Assembly (NCBI GenBank): GCA_017536475.1 | Contig: JAFXHH010000007.1 | Location: 55,609 to 119,608 of the forward strand | DNA from: Clostridia bacterium | GTDB taxonomy: Bacteria; Bacillota; Clostridia; Oscillospirales; CAG-272 | DNA: 64,000 nucleotides | Direction: 5' to 3' | Made by a program: the position numbers and the translations under genes | The notes under the pieces: generated by a model | What the model was told of the DNA's origin: nothing | Database searches by the model: none | The model's input: only the letters and a program-made list of their open reading frames with translations | Shown here: positions 58,332 through 64,000 of the stretch, piece by piece | Position numbering within the stretch: the first letter of the stretch is position 1 | How the letters are laid out: each line of letters opens with the position of its first letter

Positions 58332-58645
58332 GCAACCGTCTGTTGCAAAACGAGACCATACACCGCAAAGTCGAACCTTATCTCCACGCGATCTTCATAC
58401 CCACTGCTCAAGGCAGGCACCCTCGCGGCACATCGGGTTAACCGCTTAATGCTGCTTGGTTCCCCATCTGACATGGTTCACAGCTCCCGATTGCGCAAGA
58501 CCCGCCTCTCAACACAGAGGATATGACTCAATTCGTAAAGACTCAGCCCTCAAATGCGGGATCCACCCCTGCTGTAGCGGATTTCAGGTACAGGGCTCCG
58601 CTAAATCCCCGGCTGGTATGACCTCGTTTCGCAGCACACGGCTGC
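58332..58645 (-). ncRNA. ffs: Signal recognition particle RNA, large Bacillus/Clostridium type with Alu domain (ends approximate, +/-15 nt)
   Basis: The minus strand contains GGAUUUAGCGGAGCCCUGUACCUGAAAUCCGCUACAGCAGGGG (Alu-domain helices 3/4) and CAUGUCAGAUGGGGAACCAAGCAGCAUUAAG...GAUGUGCCGCGAGGGUGCCUG (domain IV). The 5' and 3' ends pair over about 30 nt. It lies upstream of dnaX, as in Bacillus. Confidence 0.85.
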
Positions 58646-58687
58646 ATTTTCAGCTATTTATTTGTCGGTCGATCAAGACCTCTATAT

Positions 58688-58716
58688 ATTATAACAGATT
58701 CTTTCCCTATTTTCAA
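58688..58716 (-). promoter_or_regulatory. Sigma-A-type promoter of SRP RNA/dnaX (TTGAAA-17-TATAAT)
   Basis: Hexamers and spacing read directly, about 40 nt upstream of the predicted SRP RNA 5' end. Confidence 0.55.
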
Positions 58717-58765
58717 TAGGTTTTTGAAAAATTAACAATTTATATTTTGGCAACGGAAATATGCC

Positions 58766-59356
58766 TCAGATCTCGGTTGCCGTGTCCTCGATCTTCTTTT
58801 TTGGGACTATATAGTCGCAGTTTTCGTCGAGGCGGTATTTTACGTCGCCGTCGGCGCTGATCTCGGTGACGGTGCTCTTGTGAGTCGGGTAGCCGAAGCC
58901 GATGACACAGCTTATATCAAGGCTTTCGTCGATTTTAAGCAGGTCGCGGAGCTTCTCGGCGTTGACGCTTCCGAGAATACACGAGCCGACTCCGTGGGCA
59001 TAGGCGGAAAGCGTGAGATTGGAGGCGGCAAGTCCTTCGTCGAAGGCGGTATATTTTGATTGGAGTGCCTTTTCGGAGAGTATTGCCACGAACAGAGTCG
59101 GTCTTTCGCCTGCTTTGGGTCTTCCTTCTCCGTTCGGAAGTGCTCCGCCCCAGCTTGTGATGTCGAATACACGGTTGACGGTCTCGGGGGTGCGGATATA
59201 GATATAGCGGAGGGGCTGGCGGTTCATCGCGGAGGACGCGAGCTGTGCCGCCCTTTTCATATCGGCGACGACCTCGTCGGGTATTTGTCTGCTTTCGTCA
59301 AAGCGGCGGTAGGTTCTTCTCTCTTCGAGTATTTGCATTATTTCTTGTGAGTTCAT
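58766..59356 (-). CDS. Nitroreductase-family protein
   Basis: N-terminal RRTYRRF motif and nitroreductase-fold length (196 aa). ATG 59356 (GGAGAG SD) is preferred over the extended ORF. Confidence 0.82.
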   Translation of the reverse strand: MNSQEIMQILEERRTYRRFDESRQIPDEVVADMKRAAQLASSAMNRQPLRYIYIRTPETVNRVFDITSWGGALPNGEGRPKAGERPTLFVAILSEKALQSKYTAFDEGLAASNLTLSAYAHGVGSCILGSVNAEKLRDLLKIDESLDISCVIGFGYPTHKSTVTEISADGDVKYRLDENCDYIVPKKKIEDTATEI

Positions 59357-59393
59357 ATTCTCTCCGATCTGCCGTGGGGCGTGGTGATATATT

Positions 59394-59422
59394 ATTGTAT
59401 CATAAAAAAGATACGATGTCAA
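59394..59422 (-). promoter_or_regulatory. Sigma-A-type promoter of the nitroreductase gene (TTGACA-17-TACAAT)
   Basis: Hexamers and spacing read directly. Confidence 0.55.
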
Positions 59423-59423
59423 G

Positions 59424-59455
59424 AAAAACCCAGCGCCGCGAAGGCGCCGGGCGCT
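59424..59455 (-). terminator. Intrinsic terminator after the small lipoprotein gene
   Basis: GC-rich hairpin AGCGCC...GGCGCT followed by GGGUUUUU. Confidence 0.6.
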
Positions 59456-59468
59456 ATGTTTTATAAGA

Positions 59469-59825
59469 TTATGCCGGAATATACCAAGGGTATATAAATC
59501 GATATGCGCGGCCTTCTGAATCAAAATGGATTTGAAAATATACGGCTGGATCTGTTCCAAAAGGTCCAACGCGTTTCTCTTTCACTTCATAACAACAACC
59601 TGCAGAATAATAGTTTCCATCTTCGCTTTTTTCTTTATGACCTCGAATAAAGTCAAATGATCCGTATCTTTCTTCGATCTCAGAGGATGTTTTTCCAAGC
59701 ATCCATTCCATGTCATCCATGTCAAAGCGCCGTTTATTTGAACACGAAGCTAAGCAAATGAGAGTTGCGATTATTACACAAACAATTAAACAAGCAAATA
59801 TTCTTCTTTTTTTCTTATTATTCAT
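59469..59825 (-). CDS. Small lipoprotein, function unknown
   Basis: 118 aa with lipobox LASC. AGGAGG SD present. Confidence 0.6.
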   Translation of the reverse strand: MNNKKKRRIFACLIVCVIIATLICLASCSNKRRFDMDDMEWMLGKTSSEIEERYGSFDFIRGHKEKSEDGNYYSAGCCYEVKEKRVGPFGTDPAVYFQIHFDSEGRAYRFIYPWYIPA

Positions 59826-59920
59826 TTCCTAATCCTCCTACTTATGATTCTACGGTTACTTACCCTGCACTTTCATTATAACACGTTTTGGATAATTTTG
59901 CAAGTGATTGGCTGAATTAA

Positions 59921-59960
59921 TAAAAATTACGCCGAGCGGTGTGTTTGCAGCGCTCGGCGT
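59921..59960 (-). terminator. Intrinsic terminator after the EIIC-like gene
   Basis: A 10-bp stem ACGCCGAGCG...CGCTCGGCGT followed by AAUUUUUAUU. Confidence 0.65.
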
Positions 59961-59971
59961 ATGGATGTTTT

Positions 59972-61096
59972 TTATTCGGTTAAAAGCATATCATCCTTTT
60001 TGATCCAGCCGATCTTACGCAAGATTTCGCTGAAAAGCAAGGAGAGTGCCGCGGGGAGAACGATGCAGCAAAGGATGAGTCCTATCCACATCATAGGTGA
60101 GGATTTTGTATCTGCGATGATACCGATAGGGCCGACGAGACCGCAGGTTCCCATTCCTGCAGAAACGCCCGTGCAATAAAGCTTGAAGACCATTGTGGAG
60201 AGGGGTCCGACGATCGCTGCCGCGAGCGTGGGAGGTATCCAGATGCGAGGATTTTTACAGATGTTTCCCATCTGGAGCATCGAAGTGCCGAGTCCCTGTG
60301 AGATAATGCCGCCCCACTTGTTTTCTCTGAAGCTTGATGCGGCAAAGCCCACCATCTGCGCGCAGCATCCGACTGCCGCCGCGCCGCCTGCGAGCAAAAA
60401 TCCCTCACTCGTTCCGTTCATTACCGCGACCTCAAGGGCAGACGAGGAGAAGATCATAGCACATATCGCCGCGCTCGAGATCGGAAGAGTGAGAATGATT
60501 CCGACCACTACCGACACGACTATGCCCATAAGCAGAGGCTGGAAGGTGGTAGCCGTGGCGATGAATACGCCGAGATAATACATTACGTAGGATACGATCG
60601 GGCAGAGCAGCCAGCTTGCCGCAAAGCCCACGGTGAGAGTGACGACGGGGGTGACGAGTATGTCGACCTTGGTCTTTTTCGATACGAGCATTCCGATCTC
60701 GCAAGCGATTATTACCGCGAAGAACGCACCTGCGGGGCCTGCGCTGTAAAAGACTCCGTTGCCCGTGGTATTGGCGGTCACCGCCCAAGCTCCGATAGCG
60801 CCGCCGTTTACGACTGCGCCCATAGCGTTTGACATAGCGCCGACTGCCGCGCAGGAGAACATAACGAGGGGATGTGCGCCGAGCTTATACGCGATAGCGA
60901 CACCGATAGCCATTCCCGTTGCCGCCTTGGCATAGGTGGCTATGGTATTCAGCGCGTTTGCGAGCCACGCGATCTTGACGTAGCCGCCGACTGTGCCGAA
61001 GATCGTGCCGATAAGCAACGAGGCGAAAAGTCCGAGCGCCATAGCGCCCATAGCGTCGATAAAATACCGATGGAGATATTTTTTCAAGGTTTTCAT
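59972..61096 (-). CDS. PTS EIIC-like membrane transporter (PTS_EIIC_2 type), orphan
   Basis: 374 aa, Gly/Ala-rich and polytopic. It resembles stand-alone EIIC proteins. No EIIA or EIIB gene is adjacent. Confidence 0.65.
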   Translation of the reverse strand: MKTLKKYLHRYFIDAMGAMALGLFASLLIGTIFGTVGGYVKIAWLANALNTIATYAKAATGMAIGVAIAYKLGAHPLVMFSCAAVGAMSNAMGAVVNGGAIGAWAVTANTTGNGVFYSAGPAGAFFAVIIACEIGMLVSKKTKVDILVTPVVTLTVGFAASWLLCPIVSYVMYYLGVFIATATTFQPLLMGIVVSVVVGIILTLPISSAAICAMIFSSSALEVAVMNGTSEGFLLAGGAAAVGCCAQMVGFAASSFRENKWGGIISQGLGTSMLQMGNICKNPRIWIPPTLAAAIVGPLSTMVFKLYCTGVSAGMGTCGLVGPIGIIADTKSSPMMWIGLILCCIVLPAALSLLFSEILRKIGWIKKDDMLLTE

Positions 61097-61130
61097 AAGG
61101 TTTTTCCTCTTTTTGTTATTTATTGATTAG

Positions 61131-61159
61131 AGTATATCACTTTTTTGCGGCTGTGACAA
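61131..61159 (-). promoter_or_regulatory. Sigma-A-type promoter of the EIIC-like gene (TTGTCA-17-TATACT, TG-extended)
   Basis: Hexamers and spacing read directly. Confidence 0.5.
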
Positions 61160-61244
61160 GGTCAAAAATAGACCAAAATTTTGCGGTTTTGGGTCGATTT
61201 TTGTGTATTCTGTAAATACAAGTGTATATACACTTCGCTTTAAA

Positions 61245-61280
61245 GGAAAAGCATATTCCCCGACGAGTCGGGGAATATGC
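61245..61280 (-). terminator. Intrinsic terminator after polA
   Basis: A 14-bp stem GCATATTCCCCGAC-N-GTCGGGGAATATGC followed by UUUUCC. Confidence 0.6.
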
Positions 61281-61296
61281 TTTGTTTTTTGTTTTA

Positions 61297-63822
61297 TCAA
61301 TGGCATTCGAGCCAATTTTCGCCTATATGGGCGTCGACCTTAAGCGGAACTGCCAGCTTGACGGCATTTTCCATTTCGGTTCGGAGTATTTCAAGGATCT
61401 CCCCGGCGCATTCGCGCGGACTTTCGATGAGCAGCTCGTCGTGGACCTGCAGGAGCAGCTTTGCTCCCTTTCCGTGCTTGCGGAGCGCTTTGTCGACGTT
61501 TATCATGGCTATTTTGATGATATCGGCGCTGCTGCCCTGAATCGGGCTGTTTCTTGCGACTCGCTCGCCGAAATTCTGGAGATTTTTATTGGTCGACGAC
61601 AGCTCGGGGATATATCTGCGTCTGCCGAGCATTGTCGTAACGTATCCGTCCTCTCTTGCGTTCTTGGCGACGTTGTGCAGATACTCGTTGATGCCCGGGT
61701 AGCTTGCAAGGTAGCTGTCAATATACTCCTTTGCCTTGGCGCGAGATATCTTAAGGTCCTCCGCAAGCGAAAATTCGCCCATTCCGTAAAGGATACCGAA
61801 GTTAACCGCCTTGGCTCTCTTTCGCATCTCGATCGTGACCTCCGAGGGCGTAACGCCGAAGACGCGGCAGGAGGTTGCGGTGTGGATATCCTCGCCCGAG
61901 AGGAAGGCTTCGATCATATTTTCGTCACTCGAGACGTGCGCGAGCACGCGGAGCTCGATCTGTGAATAGTCGGCATCGATGAGCACCTTGCCGCTATCGT
62001 TAGAGATAAAATATTCACGGAAGCGTCTGCCTGCCTCGGTTCTTATCGGAATGTTCTGCAGGTTGGGGTTGACCGAGGAAAGACGTCCCGTTGCCGTTCC
62101 CGTTTGCTTGAAGGTGGTGTGGCATTTGCCGTTTTCGTCGGCGCTCTTTAAGAGACCGTCGACGTACGTGCTCTTGAGCTTGCTTACCTGTCTGTAATCG
62201 AGTATATCGTCGATGATCGGGTGGTATTTGCGGAGCTTTTCAAGCACCTCGGCGTTTGTGGAATAGCCCGTTTTGGTCTTTTTTGCGGTCGGGAGCATGA
62301 GCTTTTCAAAGAGAACCTCGCCGAGCTGCTTGGGGGAGTTTATATTGAACTCCTCGCCCGCCATTGAGTATATTCGCTCCTCGAGCGCTCTTGCCTGCTC
62401 CTCGAGCTCCTCGCCGTAGCGCGCTATGCCCTCGCGGTCGATCTTAAATCCTGCGTTTTCCATATCGCAAAGGACTGCGGCAAGCGGCATTTCGATATTA
62501 TAGAGCAGGTCGAGCTGACCGCTGTCGGCGAGTCTTTTCTCGATGATCTCCCACATTTTCGCGACGTAGTACGCTTCGGGAATGCTTTCGTCGGCGGTGT
62601 CGCCGAGGTATGAGCCGACGAGTCTTTCGAGCTCGTAGCTGCTCTGCGAGGAATCGTCGACGTACGCGCCGAGCATTACGTCAAAATAGCAATCGCGGAA
62701 ATGAACGCCCTTTGAGTCGAGGGATTTATAGAGGGATTTGCAATCCCATGCGATTATTTTCTTGGTATTTACAAAGCTTGCGAGCGCGTCCGAAAGGCTT
62801 GTGGCGATAACCGTCTCGCCGTCGGAAACGTACGCTTTTTCGTCGGTGAGGGAGAGGGCGTATATCTCGCCGCCAAGCGCGGTGAGGTCGGCGCTCTCGA
62901 TGACGGTAACGCTTGTTTTTCCGGTCTCCTCGGGCACACTTGAGGGCTCGTCCGAATCCTTATCGAGTCCGCAACGCTTTATTGCGGATAGGAGATTGTA
63001 GCGCAAAAACAGCTTTTTCGCCTCGGGGCGATCAATTCCCTTGTGGGCAATATCCGAAAGGGTGATGCCGAGGGGGACGTTGCGGATTATAGTTGCGAGA
63101 TTCTTGGACATATAGGCACTCTCTTTGCCGTTTTCCATCTTGGCTCTGACCGAGGGGGTGAGCTTGATATTGTCGAGGTTTTCGTATATGGCATCAAGGC
63201 TTCCCTGCTCTGCAATGAGTCTGAACGCGGTCTTCTCGCCCACGCCTGCGACACCCGGGATATTGTCCGAGCTATCGCCCATGAGCGCTTTGACGTCGAC
63301 GTACTGACACGCGTGGACTCCGTATTTTTCAAAGAATGCCGCGTCATCCATCGTGACGGTGTCGGTATTCGTGGCTAAAAGCACCTTCGTCTTGTCGCTG
63401 ATGAGCTGGAGCGAGTCGCGGTCGCCCGTGAGCACGTACGCCTCGGTATCGCCCTCGTTCTCTGCCCAAGCCGCGAGCGTGCCGAGGATGTCGTCTGCCT
63501 CGTAGCCTGCAAGCTCGAGCACGTGCAGTCCCATTGCGCGACAGATCTCCTTTGCCACGGGAAGCTGCTTTGCAAGGTCCTCGGGCATCGGCTTTCTGCC
63601 TGCCTTATATTCACCGTACATCTCGTGGCGGAAGGTGGGCGCTTTGAGGTCAAACGCTACCGCCGCGTAGTCGGGCGAGAGCCCCTCGAGCTGCTTTATG
63701 AGCACGTTTACCATACCGAAGATGGCGTTGGTGGGAAAGCCGTCGGGCGTGGAGAGAGGTCTGATGCCGTAAAACTGTCGGTTAAGTATACTGTTTCCGT
63801 CTATACAGAGTAGTTTTTTCAT
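61297..63822 (-). CDS. polA: DNA polymerase I
   Basis: 841 aa with a 5' nuclease domain, then polymerase motifs A DYSQIELRVLAH, B RKRAKAVNFGILYG and C QVHDEL. Confidence 0.96.
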   Translation of the reverse strand: MKKLLCIDGNSILNRQFYGIRPLSTPDGFPTNAIFGMVNVLIKQLEGLSPDYAAVAFDLKAPTFRHEMYGEYKAGRKPMPEDLAKQLPVAKEICRAMGLHVLELAGYEADDILGTLAAWAENEGDTEAYVLTGDRDSLQLISDKTKVLLATNTDTVTMDDAAFFEKYGVHACQYVDVKALMGDSSDNIPGVAGVGEKTAFRLIAEQGSLDAIYENLDNIKLTPSVRAKMENGKESAYMSKNLATIIRNVPLGITLSDIAHKGIDRPEAKKLFLRYNLLSAIKRCGLDKDSDEPSSVPEETGKTSVTVIESADLTALGGEIYALSLTDEKAYVSDGETVIATSLSDALASFVNTKKIIAWDCKSLYKSLDSKGVHFRDCYFDVMLGAYVDDSSQSSYELERLVGSYLGDTADESIPEAYYVAKMWEIIEKRLADSGQLDLLYNIEMPLAAVLCDMENAGFKIDREGIARYGEELEEQARALEERIYSMAGEEFNINSPKQLGEVLFEKLMLPTAKKTKTGYSTNAEVLEKLRKYHPIIDDILDYRQVSKLKSTYVDGLLKSADENGKCHTTFKQTGTATGRLSSVNPNLQNIPIRTEAGRRFREYFISNDSGKVLIDADYSQIELRVLAHVSSDENMIEAFLSGEDIHTATSCRVFGVTPSEVTIEMRKRAKAVNFGILYGMGEFSLAEDLKISRAKAKEYIDSYLASYPGINEYLHNVAKNAREDGYVTTMLGRRRYIPELSSTNKNLQNFGERVARNSPIQGSSADIIKIAMINVDKALRKHGKGAKLLLQVHDELLIESPRECAGEILEILRTEMENAVKLAVPLKVDAHIGENWLECH

Positions 63823-63866
63823 TAAATTTCACTCCGAAGTGTTTATTAGTGTTTATTTATGATAAT

Positions 63867-63896
63867 ATTTTACCACATTTTTAGGGGTCGTGTCAA
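63867..63896 (-). promoter_or_regulatory. Sigma-A-type promoter of polA (TTGACA-18-TAAAAT, TG-extended)
   Basis: Hexamers and spacing read directly. Confidence 0.55.
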
Positions 63897-63938
63897 CCGA
63901 ATTGGAGATTTATTTAAATTTTTGTGGGAGGGGGCATA

Positions 63939-63967
63939 TTGACTTTTTTTCGGAGAGGTGGTATAAT
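63939..63967 (+). promoter_or_regulatory. Outward-facing sigma-A-type promoter (TTGACT-17-TATAAT, TG-extended) for a gene beyond the window end
   Basis: Hexamers and spacing read directly. No ORF follows inside the window. Confidence 0.5.
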
Positions 63968-64000
63968 TAGTGTGTGGGTATATATTTTTCTCTAAATAAT

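Noticed and set aside
58295-58474. 60-codon N-terminal extension of the dnaX ORF in the track
   Set aside because: The extension reads through the 3' part of the SRP RNA gene. The ATG at 58294 has a strong AAAGGAGG SD and yields the canonical MHQALYRKWRP N-terminus.

Overview
This 64-kb window reads like core chromosome of a spore-forming member of the Clostridia. That placement is an inference from gene content: the yqfC-yqfD-phoH-ybeY-era-recO block, ylbJ, a T-box-controlled valS, and a Bacillus-type large SRP RNA upstream of dnaX-ybaB-recR. Core genes look well above 50% GC. I call 54 protein-coding genes, with 28 consecutive on the minus strand from relA to rimM. I also call one tRNA-Thr(GGU), one SRP RNA, one T-box leader, 16 near-consensus sigma-A promoters and 18 intrinsic terminators. 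Gene content covers the stringent response and DNA repair/replication (relA, recJ, uvrA, uvrB, uvrC, recO, recR, polA, topB, dnaX). It also covers c-di-AMP synthesis (cdaA-cdaR), metabolism (pncB, pgi, coaD, cdd, Lrp plus aminotransferase) and RNA/ribosome maturation (rimM, trmD, rsmD, ybeY, era). The rest are sporulation membrane proteins and a set of DUF, membrane and lipoprotein genes. I recognise no transposase, integrase, phage, CRISPR-Cas, toxin-antitoxin or defence genes, and I see no new system at the protein level. The signal that ordinary annotation does not explain lies in the intergenic DNA. (1) A ~116-nt three-hairpin element occurs in four full and one partial copy. Every copy is in sense orientation directly upstream of a start codon and supplies its Shine-Dalgarno, and the stems differ by compensatory changes. 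(2) GTAG-headed palindromic REP/BIME-like hairpins show compensatory arm substitutions, and one sits where stem III of the valS T-box should be. (3) A 65-nt repeat is shared by two repeat-rich loci. (4) A degenerate tandem copy of tRNA-Thr plus its terminator lies beside the intact gene. Family names come from motifs I recognise in the translations; no database search or folding program was available.
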